Of a stretch of 64,000 nt of DNA, positions 52,701-62,370 are shown piece by piece. The notes under the pieces are model-generated. The model was not told the DNA's origin, searched no databases, and was given only the letters and a program-made list of their open reading frames with translations. Numbering within the stretch: position 1 is the first letter of the stretch; each line of letters opens with the position of its first letter. A program made the position numbers and the translations under genes. The stretch lies in assembly GCF_002113885.1 (NCBI RefSeq), contig NW_018404492.1:2588506-2652505 (forward strand), given 5' to 3'. Origin of the DNA: Mizuhopecten yessoensis (Eukaryota).

Positions 52701-55700
52701 TACAATATATCATGTATAGAAAAGCAAACCTGAGTACGGTGAGATAGATTCAGGTCAAGTCAACAGAGATCACTTATTTTATATGAACCTGTTCATCGTT
52801 TCAGAGCCCCTTGTGTATACTGGTGAGCCGTCAGTGTTGACTATCCGAATCCGTCGGGATGGTGATGGGTCAGATGCTGCCAGCATGAAGTACCACACGT
52901 TGGACGGCAGTGCCACGGTTGCTAGCGGTGACTACAAGTCGGTGCCCCCGACTAGCCTCATGTTTGGCGTAGGTGAGATAGAGAAGGTAGTCAGTATAGA
53001 GGTACTACAGGATACACTGGCGGAAACTAACGAGACGTTCTACGTACTGTTCTACGACATTCAAGGTCAGTATTCTGACTGGGGCATATCTGTTTGACTT
53101 TTTAATTAGCTTATTTCACATACAAACATATTGCACTAAATTTGAAATGAACAATATATTTTACCCAAGGGGCAACACGCAAGAAACAATTTCGACACAA
53201 GCTCCCCGTTAACTCATGGTGTCGAAACTGCACCTCACCTACCAGTAGTTCAGACACTTGAATGTGACAAAATATTTTCTGCAGTCTCTTAAAATTTTGA
53301 TGTTGAGAATTTCAGAAAAATCCTAAAAAAAAATAATTGGTTCCATTGAAGTATCTTGTCAGTAGTGTTAGTTTATTCTTTGTTCAGTTGATGTCATCTA
53401 TCAATATTACACACTTATTTCATGCTTATGTAAACAGTAGTTTGAAATATTGGTCACCACGTGACCGTTCTAGGCCTATGGATGAAAATCGTTCCTGTCT
53501 GAGGTAAAATAGAACATTTCTCCCGTATTTATTACAGGAGACCTTGTGTTTACCGAGTCACCCAATGCTACCATTATTATACTGGCCAATGACAATGCTT
53601 ACGGAGTATTTACCTTCAATCCACCTTACGAGAAAACCTCAGAAGAAGGAAGCCAGGTGGCATTTGAGTAAGTCTGAGACATTAGCGCAAATTTTGCAAA
53701 CAAGTTTTCAAGTAATAGTAATAATGTATGTGCATGTGTTAGCATTTTCATGTATATTGGTCGTCAAATTACCCTTAATTTTTTTTTTTTTAAATCCCCT
53801 AGAAAACCAGAATGTGATATGTGAATCGGGCATTAAACATTTGGAGCTGTTCGTATCAGTACGACTTGTGTTACATCAACATGTAAAATGTTATATCTAA
53901 ACACTTACATTATTTGCAAATTAGTGAAATGTTTGATTTGCAAATTAGTGAAATGTTTGATGGTGGCGAAACTGCCTGTATCTTTGAGCAAAACCACGGA
54001 AGGCCTGATGACGTCACAAATGTTGCTGCGTCACGTCATTCAGGCGTGTTTGCAACAATGTTTATTTATAGGCATTTCAGTCAAATCTTCTTCTGTACTG
54101 GTGCTCGTCGGCATTTTGATACATGTGTATTGGACAAATTATTAACTGAAACCCTTACTAATATGACTAATTTTCCTGCACTTACGTTAGTTTTACTGAA
54201 AGAGGCCGTCTTCATGAATGTTCATTCTACTTCAGAACTTTTATAATGATAAACAAAACCCCATTTATTGTCTCTGGTAAGAATTCTGTAACTGTACTAA
54301 CTAGCTGAAAAATTAACAATGTAATCGATGAAGAAAACACTATTGAATGAAACATTTTATGTTATCTTTCTGGTGTTTAATGTACATGTAGGTTGGTAAA
54401 AATCCGCCAAACTTTTGTTGGTAGGATAATGTTATGTTTAAAGGTGTTTTTTTTGCGCTCCCTTTTGAGTTACATTGCCTTGTTCTTGCAGGGTCGGCCG
54501 ATTGGAGGGAAGGTTTGGTGTGGTGGACGTCAACTGGGAGATCTACGACTATGTAACCAATCAGCTTCTACCAGACGGAGGTGACTTTGTCACCGCCAAT
54601 GGGACGGTCCGATTCCAAGAGATGGAACTAGCCAAGATAATCTTCATCACTATTCGTCTGGACGGAGAGCCGGAACAAGACAAGAAGTTCCGAGTCTCAC
54701 TTCAGTCAGCTATAGGTAAATGTGTGATCATTTTATACTACTAGTTAGCTATAGGTAAATGTGTGATCATTTTATAGTCAGTCATAAGTACCAAGTAATT
54801 GTAAAGTCACTTAATTTTAATTAAAATTAAAAACCTGGAAAATGTTTCTTCACCTAGGATTGGATGAATGCAACATTTCTTAAGCTGGCCTTTTTTTATA
54901 TGCCCGTCAAATTTGACGGAAGTATTATGGTATGAGGTTGTCCTTCCGGTGTAGAGTTTTGTTTGTCGGGCAATCTCCTCCTACATTTTTCGACCGATCT
55001 CTTTGAAACTTGGTATACTTTATAATCATGATATGAAGTTGTGTCTCCCTTAAAAGAATTTTGATTCAACGATTTTCACAAAAGTGATTTCCCTTTGTTC
55101 ATTTCAGTATTTGATTTTTTTGTCCGGAGATTTTCTCCTACATTTTTTATAGCATGTCAGCTAACCACTCGTAGAACGATGCAGATCTTATTTCAATGCA
55201 CGAAAGTATATAACACTATATGGCATTCGACGGGCGTACTCTTGTTAGATACGAAATGTGTGTTTTTTGTCCCCCATATCATCCTGAATAAGAACTGAAC
55301 TACGATTGAATGTGCAAGCAAATCACTCACAGTATAACAAAATTTGTAAAATACAGTTGTGGAAGGAAGGACTGATGAAGTACTAACTAGGATATCGGAT
55401 ACCAATAACGTAGCCATGTTGACCATCGTGGCCAATGACGATCCTTATGGCCAATTTGGATTCCAACTGTCATCCAAAAACGTTACCCTAGCTGAAGACT
55501 TTTATACTGGTCAGGAGAATCTATCCAAGGTCGTACTAACCATCGAGAGGAGACAAGGAATATTTCGAGACGTCATGGTAACTTGTGAATAATAGGATGT
55601 TGTTTTCAAGCTAGAAGTCCATACATCTTTGCATTTTCATGGTATGTTATGTGAAAATAAAAGCTTATGAGATGCCATATGAAATTGTTCAAAATAATAT

Positions 55701-58700
55701 TGTCGATGAAGAATAGAAGGAGTTTCTTTGTCGTGTCCTCGGCCATATTTCACCATTAACTTGAGCGCAACATCAAAACGTGTCTATATCATGTTAGCCA
55801 CACATTTATTCCCATCTACCACAGTATAGCAGTGGTACCCAAGTACACACAAAGTGGGTAGTACTAATTACCGGATCAGGTATATACATATGTAGGGATA
55901 AACACCGATCACTACACACTTCAAATCTTTTTGACTTATAAGTTGTACAATGTACAAAGTATTGGTGATAAGGTTTCCATATAAAGGAGGGACAGGTCCA
56001 CCACTGCATTCAAAATGGTTTCCAATAATTTTTGTCGTATTACAGGTATCTTGGGAGATATTCTCTAACCATATGGCTGACAACTTTCCTAAAGTGTACG
56101 ATCTGATTCTGCTGTCTACGAGAAGGAATGAAGTGATACTAACCCCGAGTAAACGACGTAACGGAACAGGGACTGACGTCATATATCTCACGGGGGCCGT
56201 CAGTAAGTGTTGTGGGTGATAGTCAATATTTTCCTCAGTGAAGACACAATTGGATTGTCCCATTAGATCCTATTGTTTTTCTAAAGCAAACATACTGTAA
56301 TAATGTTTCTGTCATGCACTTTCCCAGAAGATAGTTTTCACTTGCTTGGCAGCTTGAAAAACAAAATTAAGACACCATAAACCTGCACATTTATTTCCTT
56401 TCTGTAAATGGCAGCTGACAACTTATATTATAGTGTTGCACAGTATTTTAATGGTATGAAATAGTTCCAAGAACAAAATTGTGAAAGTCTCTTCCAACAA
56501 AGTAAAAGTGCTATTCACTATTATAATAGTATCTATGTCACCAGTCTACTTTTGAGTCAGAACAAACTTTGTGTTTATGGCATGGACCAGTTATGGGCAG
56601 TATGTTATAATGGCATTTTTTGTATTTGTATAACATTACAAATCTATTGAAATACAGTAAAGAGAATCATGAATACTAAATTCCGAATTTATGTACAGAT
56701 AACTACCTGTCGGTACCAACTGAGCAACAGCCCACCGCGGCAGAGATATCGAAAGGTTTTGGGATCAGCGCCTGGTTACAGCCCTTCTCTAGCATCAATA
56801 GCTACATACTGGCCAAGACCACTGCAGACGGTAGTCGCTTCTTCTATACCCTGAGGGTAGTTACGTCTCCAGGAGGAACCATCTTCAGACTGGGATTCTC
56901 ATTAACAGGGAGTAGTGTGAGTATCTACTAACTACTCGACAATGATATGTACCACATGTATAACAACTATCCAAAGGTCAACAGGACAATTACAGGTATG
57001 AGGTCAAACTCATCACCCCAAGGTCACAGGTAAAATGTCAAACTAATCATCTCAAAGTCAACATCACAATTACAGATAAAGGTCAAAATCATCATCATAA
57101 GGTCAACATCACAGTTACAGGTAAAAGGTCAAACTCATATATAAACCCAAAGGTCACAGGTAAAATGTCAAAATCATCATCTCAAAGTCAACATAACAAT
57201 TACAGATAAAGGTCAAAATCATCGTCATAAGGTCAACATCACAGTTACAGGTGTAAGGTCAAACTCATATATAAACCCAAAGATCACAGGTAAAATGTCA
57301 AAATAATCATCTCAAAGTCAACATAACAATTACAGATATAAGGTCAAAATCATCATCATAAGGTCAACATCACAGTTACAGGTATAAGGTCAAACTCATA
57401 TATAAACCCAAAGGTCACAGGTAAAATATCAAAATTATCATCTCAAAGTCAACATAACAATTACAGATAAAGGTCAAAATCATCATCATAAGGTCAACAT
57501 CACAATTACAGGTATAAGGTCTAACTCATCAGCCAAAGGTCACAGGTAAAATGTCAAAATTATCATCTTATTGTCAACAATTAAAGGTAAAGGTAAAAAT
57601 CATTATCTTAAGTTCAACATCACAATTACAGGTGTAAGTTCAATCACCCTAAGAAGAATGTACATGTCCAAAAGCTGTGTCTGAGCATGATTGTCTAGTT
57701 AGTTAAAGATAAATTTGAAGATATATTTGTTTCATCAATGAATGGTGTGTCTCATTGGTACTATTGTTAGGTCCTTTAATACTTCTTAATTCTCCAGTGA
57801 TCTAGGAAACCAGATTTTTATCTTCACTTAAACACAGAAATAATTTCAGATAGACCTCAGTTTAGCTGTAGGACTGTCACATCCATCATGCACCCTGCAG
57901 TGTAAGTGATGTCACAAAGTTGAAAATATTAAAAAAACATCATAAATGTTTATATGCATAAGAGGGATTTTACCAAGCAACCTTGCAGTCCCAACGCTTA
58001 AGTTAGGATCTATTCAAAGTTGTAATCAGCAGTTTGGGATATTCTATTAATTACGTTTATATGTCATGAGTTGACCACATTTTGTATCTGTTAATGTAAA
58101 CTTATGTCCAACCTTACTTGGAAAACTGTATCTGTAACATATATATATAGTGATATGATAAAAAAAATAATCAATGTTACGTTTTTCTGCAGAGCAACCA
58201 GGAAGTATCAGTAACCACAGAGACGAGCATACAAGACGGAGCGTGGCACCACCTGGTGGTGTCGATTGATTCAGGGACAATCCTTTTCTACCTGGATACT
58301 AAGCTCCTCGGTACCAAGTGAGTTGTACACCAACAAAAACATTTTGTCCGCCTTGAGAATTTGTCTCCAGTTATCTTATTCTCTGAATGACTTGGTGAAA
58401 TACACTTGTACTTTGTTAAATTTAAGTTGTCCGATATCAATAAACATTTGTATTGAAACAAATACTTACTAAATGTCAAAGATGTTTGATGTCTTTTGTG
58501 TATGTGGACTTTTCAATAAACAAATTTGAATTACAGGTTGATAGGGAGTATCCAGTCCATGATAGACAGTACAGGTACCCTACTTATTGGGGCTATAGCT
58601 CCGGGGAGTGACCATTTCATAGGCTACCTACAGGATGTCCGGCTGTATGCTGGTAAACTGGACTTAAGGTACTTCACAGGAGACATTTCAATTTCCCACC

Positions 58701-61700
58701 AGTACCAAAAAAACACTTGCTAACATGTTCTCTTGCTAGAAGGGATGAAAGATCAACAAAGAGTAATTTGCTTGGTCGGAATTACCATTGAAATGAAATG
58801 TCATTGTCTTGAAAAAAAGTATATTATATTGAAGAATAAATTTTCTGATGTTACATTATTCTTATGACAGATATTTCTACAGATACAAGATTAAGTGTTA
58901 CACTAAATATAAATAGTAAAATTCATCTTTTGATATTTAAATACTAGGTTAAATTCTATTTAAAAAATCATCCACCTTATCACTTGATATTGTATTTAAC
59001 ACATGATGTGAACATTGTTAAAATGATATTACATCTGTGTTATTTAGTGGAGTTAACTACTTTATAGGTTTTCAAATCCACCAAAATTGTTTGTCCGGCA
59101 ATCTCCTCCTACATTTTTCGACCGATCTCTTTGAAACTTGGTATACATTTTAATCATGATATGAAGTGGTGTGTACCTTAACAGAATTTTGATTCGACAA
59201 TTTTTGCAAAAGTTCTTTCCCTTTGTTCATTTCAGTATTTGAATTTTTGTCCGGAGATTTTCTCCTGCACTTTTTTATAGCATGTCGGCTAACCACTCTT
59301 AGAATGATGCAGATCTTATTTCAATGTAAGAAAGTATATAACACCATATGGCATTCGACAAGCGTATGTTGTTCCGCCCGTGGTACTCTTGTTTAACCAT
59401 GTAGAAGAATATTTTTGGGTCTTGTAATACTGTGCCAAAGGTTGTTATCCTGATATATTGAGTACGATGAAGATTCAGTCACTGTGCTTACTTTCTTCCC
59501 ATATAGCCACTTGATGGAGCTATACAACACCCCAGCAGCTGCAGACCTGACCCCTATCTCGGGTTACTTGTCTTACCGCCAGGGAGTGAGCTCACAGGAC
59601 ATTACCATACAGACAGTCCAGGACACCATCGACGAACAGAACGAAGTGTACAAAGTCAAGCTTCTCAGTGCCAGTAACGGAGCATCACTTTCCCTGACCG
59701 ACAGCTCTTCACATATCACAGGTAAGGTTTCTACTACCGACAGCTCTTCACATATCACAAGTAAGGTTTCTACTCCTTTGACAAAGTGTTGTCATTAGGT
59801 TCAAATAATCACCTTACCTTACAAATTATTGGAGTCTTTGTGTTATCATTGACGCACTAAAACTATCTTATCTGCTTTTAAAGCTAACGTCAAATTTTTA
59901 ATATCTTTGATCATATCGAAAATTTCTATGCCATTAATCTTCTGCTGGTTTTCATAGTTAATTGTTTATTTCAATTAATTCTATTTTGAAAATCAACACC
60001 AGCACAATTCTGTATTAGATCATAAACAAACATTGAAAAGTTACAGACATTTCTGAAAAGGATAAGAAAGTGTATGAACATAATGTTAATTTGAGAGTTA
60101 TACTATATTGCCCATTACTTTTCTTTGTTTTCTAGTCCTCAAAAGTGACAATGCCAATGGCCAGTTTGGATTCAATCAGTCATGTGTGCCTGCAGTGGCG
60201 GCTTACGAGAATGCCACGGTGTTGTGTTCAGTGGACCGTAACAAGGGCAGTGATGGGACGGTCAATGTCACCTGGACAGTGTTCCAGCTTCTCCAAGGAG
60301 GCAACCAAACTGAAGCGGTCAACGACTTTATGGCCAGTACTGGTGTTCTAACGTTTTATCCAGGCGAAAAGTCAAAGGTAGAGATGCTGAGACCTGTTGT
60401 TTCTATCTGCTCTGTTTAGTTGTCATTTTCTGTATAAGGGATATTTTTGTGAGTCATAAGCATATGGGTGAAACAGAGACTACAGCAATTAAGAAGTTAA
60501 TTACCCTCCCGCCACTATGTTTATAATCATTTTGCCTCTCTGTAAAATATCATTTTAAATAATAGCCCTTTATGGAACCTTTTATTCTCAAAATATAAAT
60601 ATGGACATTTTTGATAATTCTGGAAAAGAATTGTACATTTCATACCAATAGAGAGGAAAGATTGATCATTTTGTATTTACCATAAGGAAATCATGAACAC
60701 CTTTGAAAAAAGAATCCGTTCCAGCAGAAAACCCAGTAATAATCACATAATAACAGATGAAATAGTTAACATGGTTCACAAAGATGTCAGAGTGAGATAT
60801 AGACGTAGGAAAGTTGTTAGGCTTCAGGTCAGAGGTCAGGGTCTCAGGAATGTTTTTGCACCTTCAAAATAATAGATAAGATCCATAAAAATTAAGTATG
60901 TAAACAAAGAAGGCTAAAAATTGTGCTCAAGATTATTTAGTTGACAATAAAAATGTCCTTGACATTGTATAAGTGTTTTATGTAACATTTCACTGAAAGA
61001 TCTGTTCTTGACATTGTACAAGTGTTTTATGTAACATTTCACTGACAGAGATGACCTTGCCACTGTACAGGTGTTTTATGTAACATTTCACTGAGAAAGA
61101 TGACATTGACACTGTATAGGTGTTTTATGTAACATTTCACTGACAGAGATGACCTTGCCACTGTACAGGTGTTTTATGTAACATTTCACTGATAGAAATG
61201 ATCTTGACATTGTACATGTGTTTTATGTAACATTTCACTGATAGAAATGACCTTGACATTGTATAAGTGTTTTATGTAACATTTCACTGATAGAGATGAC
61301 CTTGACATTGTACAGGTGTTTTATGTAACATTTCTCTGATAGAAATGACCTTGACATTGTACAGGTGTTTTATGTAACATTTCACTGATAGATCTGTACT
61401 TGACATTGTATAAGTGTTTTATGTAACATTTCACTGATAGATCTGTACTTGACATTGTACAGGTGTTTTATCTGGAAGTGCGAGATGACATGGTACCAGA
61501 GGCTAAGGAGACATTCCACATTAAGTTGGTGGGTGTGACGTCGGGTGATGGTATCTCGGGTACAACCAACACCAGTGGTGCCAGCATCAACCCTTTAGCA
61601 GCCTTCTCCAACTTTGCCGTAGAAGAAAATGATTACACCTACGGTTTGTTCCAGTTCTCCACTGAGTCAACTCCACCATCTCCAGCTGGTGGAGTGATAC

Positions 61701-61723
61701 CACCTGCTACAAACAAACCAATG
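31625..61723 (+). CDS. ADGRV1: Adhesion G protein-coupled receptor V1 (VLGR1/GPR98) orthologue, 5' part: 26 coding exons, ~1715 aa, 3'-partial
   Basis: Signal peptide MMAHLTLCAVISMVVPFISS; repeated Calx-beta motifs (R.G...G.V.V.W...D...SG.L.F..GE....I....D..PE..E.F...L, I.AND...G.F.F); LamG/pentraxin domain at about aa 1320-1480 (FGISAWLQP...YILAK, DGAWHHLVV, FIGYLQDVRLY), the same order and position as vertebrate ADGRV1. All 25 introns GT..AG with matching phases. Confidence 0.92.
32754..33002 (+). CDS. ADGRV1: ADGRV1 exon 2 (Calx-beta)
   Basis: VSSPPDTDLDF...NNDTIPEVEETFTLQL...IAANDDAYGAFSFLD; cag/GTAAGT. Confidence 0.9.
33667..33771 (+). CDS. ADGRV1: ADGRV1 exon 3
   Basis: QSPILVTEDISG...RSRGSHGEIIVSFS; tgcag/GTGAGT. 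Confidence 0.85.
34085..37927. repeat. 41/38-bp satellite in alternating inverted blocks (ADGRV1 intron 3)
   Basis: Unit gtgatacagtagatatgatatttctgtgactgtaatacaca and its reverse complement alternate; ~75-bp unique leader duplicated at 34085 and 35655. Confidence 0.95.
37967..38086 (+). CDS. ADGRV1: ADGRV1 exon 4
   Basis: INSSDVNAQPGQDIIPRSGTISFKDGETKKYIKLEILADD; ttacag/GTGAGC; not in ORF track. Confidence 0.88.
38582..38704 (+). CDS. ADGRV1: ADGRV1 exon 5
   Basis: FPENDEAFEVKFTKASQDARVSTTPQTVIIMANDAPIRFKQ; tcag/GTGAGG; not in ORF track. Confidence 0.88.
39119..39889 (+). CDS. ADGRV1: ADGRV1 exon 6 (two Calx-beta domains)
   Basis: 771 nt; SEIRVKEEEK...IDDSDPEVEESF...NQDTIAEPTERF...; ttacag/GTACGT. 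Confidence 0.92.
40277..40388 (+). CDS. ADGRV1: ADGRV1 exon 7
   Basis: TTSPRHLQLMLTRTGLNRG...; ttgcag/GTAAGG, phase 0-1. Confidence 0.85.
40648..40791 (+). CDS. ADGRV1: ADGRV1 exon 8
   Basis: AVLEKTDYTVEFAVGQ...AFLQVGGVF...; tgcag/GTTTGT, phase 1-1. Confidence 0.85.
41049..41197 (+). CDS. ADGRV1: ADGRV1 exon 9
   Basis: VPSLGAYNSP...EANGEIGF...INEPD; tacag/GTCAGA. Confidence 0.85.
41259..41341. repeat. 20-bp tandem repeat, 4 copies
   Basis: ca(t/c)catctgacaacaggtat. Confidence 0.85.
41986..42112 (+). CDS. ADGRV1: ADGRV1 exon 10
   Basis: VLLQLTREGTSGQAVISW...PTSGTIVMES; aacag/GTGTGT. Confidence 0.85.
42160..42420 (-). mobile_element. Possible decayed L1/Tx1-clade LINE ORF2 fragment
   Basis: Minus frame AKKEIQEKKK...LRALRSRIKW resembles the IRSR..W...GEK motif between endonuclease and RT of Tx1/L1 elements; frameshifted. 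Confidence 0.3.
42539..42753 (+). CDS. ADGRV1: ADGRV1 exon 11
   Basis: GKSEV...PDNEPELEEEI...ILENDNPGGTFQF; ttccag/GTAATT. Confidence 0.9.
44000..44330 (+). mobile_element. CORE-type SINE with L2-like tail
   Basis: B-box-like gtgttcaagtc, CORE-like tgtgttgtacctttgagcaagattcttt...ctcagctgtaaatgagta, tail cactttgag...ataaagcggtat...(att)n. Confidence 0.6.
45311..45511 (+). CDS. ADGRV1: ADGRV1 exon 12
   Basis: EGSAAIDVIVERTGG...DNVPE; ttgtag/GTGAGT. Confidence 0.9.
46259..46409 (+). CDS. ADGRV1: ADGRV1 exon 13
   Basis: KLESFVLRL...ISANDEPFGVIQF; ttccag/GTAAAG. Confidence 0.9.
46598..46845. repeat. 24-bp minisatellite, ~10 copies
   Basis: Unit gtaactatcattattagtgcccta. Confidence 0.95.
47391..47584 (+). 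CDS. ADGRV1: ADGRV1 exon 14
   Basis: GESK...VERARGMFGTVVVMW...VPDE; aacag/GTATGG. Confidence 0.9.
48114..48237 (+). CDS. ADGRV1: ADGRV1 exon 15
   Basis: IPEQSEPFLIKLVSVTGGARIG...IMENDKPVYIA; tgcag/GTAATC. Confidence 0.9.
49835..52071. repeat. 40-bp satellite, ~56 copies (ADGRV1 intron 15)
   Basis: Unit gggaataaacagtgtggcaaaacatgaaattgtcttaaaa; invariant core about 50041-51790, variant edges. Confidence 0.97.
52805..53065 (+). CDS. ADGRV1: ADGRV1 exon 16
   Basis: EPLVYTGEP...YHTLDGSATVASGDY...QDTLAETNETFYV; tttcag/GTCAGT. Confidence 0.9.
53538..53667 (+). CDS. ADGRV1: ADGRV1 exon 17
   Basis: GDLVFTESPNATIIILANDNAYGVFTFNPPYEKTSEEGSQVAFE; ttacag/GTAAGT (ORF track shows another frame). Confidence 0.88.
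54492..54715 (+). CDS. ADGRV1: ADGRV1 exon 18
   Basis: VGRLEGRFGVVDVNW...LDGEPEQDKKFRVSL; ttgcag/GTAAAT. Confidence 0.9.
54891..55245 (+). mobile_element. MITE/HINE-like element with subterminal inverted repeats (copy 1)
   Basis: T-tract then tatgcccgtc ... gacgggcgta; hairpin ccgtcaaatttgacgg; two internal units; near-identical copy at 59088. Confidence 0.7.
55357..55577 (+). CDS. ADGRV1: ADGRV1 exon 19
   Basis: VVEGR...IVANDDPYGQFGF...LAEDF...IERRQGIFRDVM; tacag/GTAACT. Confidence 0.9.
56046..56202 (+). CDS. ADGRV1: ADGRV1 exon 20
   Basis: VSWEIFS...FPKVYDLILL...TDVIYLTGAV; ttacag/GTAAGT. Confidence 0.88.
56699..56916 (+). CDS. ADGRV1: ADGRV1 exon 21 (LamG/pentraxin, first part)
   Basis: NNYLSVP...GFGISAWLQPFSSINSYILAKTTADGSRFFYTLRV...; tacag/GTGAGT. 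Confidence 0.9.
56973..57640. repeat. ~130-bp higher-order repeat (~5 copies) built from aggtcaa subunits
   Basis: aggtc(a/t)aactc at 57001, 57126, 57256, 57387, 57517. Confidence 0.9.
58193..58317 (+). CDS. ADGRV1: ADGRV1 exon 22 (LamG)
   Basis: SNQEVSVTTETSIQDGAWHHLVVSIDSGTILFYLDTKLLGT; ctgcag/GTGAGT. Confidence 0.9.
58537..58668 (+). CDS. ADGRV1: ADGRV1 exon 23 (LamG end)
   Basis: LIGSIQSMIDSTGTLLIGA...FIGYLQDVRLYAGKL; ttacag/GTACTT. Confidence 0.9.
59088..59393 (+). mobile_element. 5'-truncated second copy of the 54891 element
   Basis: gtttgtccggcaatctcctcctacatttttcgaccgatctctttgaaacttggtata...tatggcattcgac matches 54961-55235. Confidence 0.75.
59507..59721 (+). CDS. ADGRV1: ADGRV1 exon 24
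   Basis: HLMELYNTPAAADLTPISGYLSYRQG...QDTIDEQNEVY; atatag/GTAAGG. Confidence 0.9.
60136..60377 (+). CDS. ADGRV1: ADGRV1 exon 25
   Basis: VLKSDNANGQFGF...GVLTFYPGEKSK; tctag/GTAGAG. Confidence 0.9.
60958..61471 (+). repeat. 49-bp minisatellite (~10.5 copies) made of the exon 26 acceptor junction
   Basis: Unit cttgacattgtacag-gtgttttat-gtaacatttcactgatagaaatgac; the last copy is the real acceptor. Confidence 0.95.
61463..61723 (+). CDS. ADGRV1: ADGRV1 exon 26 (last in window)
   Basis: VFYLEVRDDMVPEAKETF...SGASI...ENDYTYGLFQFS; tacag/GTAAGC. Confidence 0.9.
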
Positions 61724-62053
61724 GTAAGCCTGCCTTATTTCCACACTCTGTATATTTTGTAAAAGTGGATTTCATTTCAGTAATAATTACCATAAATTTA
61801 GTATGCATATACAATACCTACACCCATCTTTGTAGCCCAAAAACAAAAGATTCAAATATCCCTACCTCCCTACCGTGACGTAACCTCTATCTCGATGACA
61901 GAGCCACGGAGTGATCTCCCTTCCTCTTCCTTTTATGGCGCCTGCTGCATGCTGACGCACAGAGCTTGCTCCAATTCAAAACTTTGTTTTGTCGGTTTGG
62001 TTTGAGTGTCAACTCATATTTTTGCGCAGTTTGTGTGCCTTTTACCCATCTGC

Positions 62054-62370
62054 NNNNNNNNNNNNNNNNNNNNNNNNNNNNNNNNNNNNNNNNNNNNNNN
62101 NNNNNNNNNNNNNNNNNNNNNNNNNNNNNNNNNNNNNNNNNNNNNNNNNNNNNNNNNNNNNNNNNNNNNNNNNNNNNNNNNNNNNNNNNNNNNNNNNNNN
62201 NNNNNNNNNNNNNNNNNNNNNNNNNNNNNNNNNNNNNNNNNNNNNNNNNNNNNNNNNNNNNNNNNNNNNNNNNNNNNNNNNNNNNNNNNNNNNNNNNNNN
62301 NNNNNNNNNNNNNNNNNNNNNNNNNNNNNNNNNNNNNNNNNNNNNNNNNNNNNNNNNNNNNNNNNNNNNN
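62054..62370. other. Assembly gap (317 N)
   Basis: Run of n. Confidence 1.
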
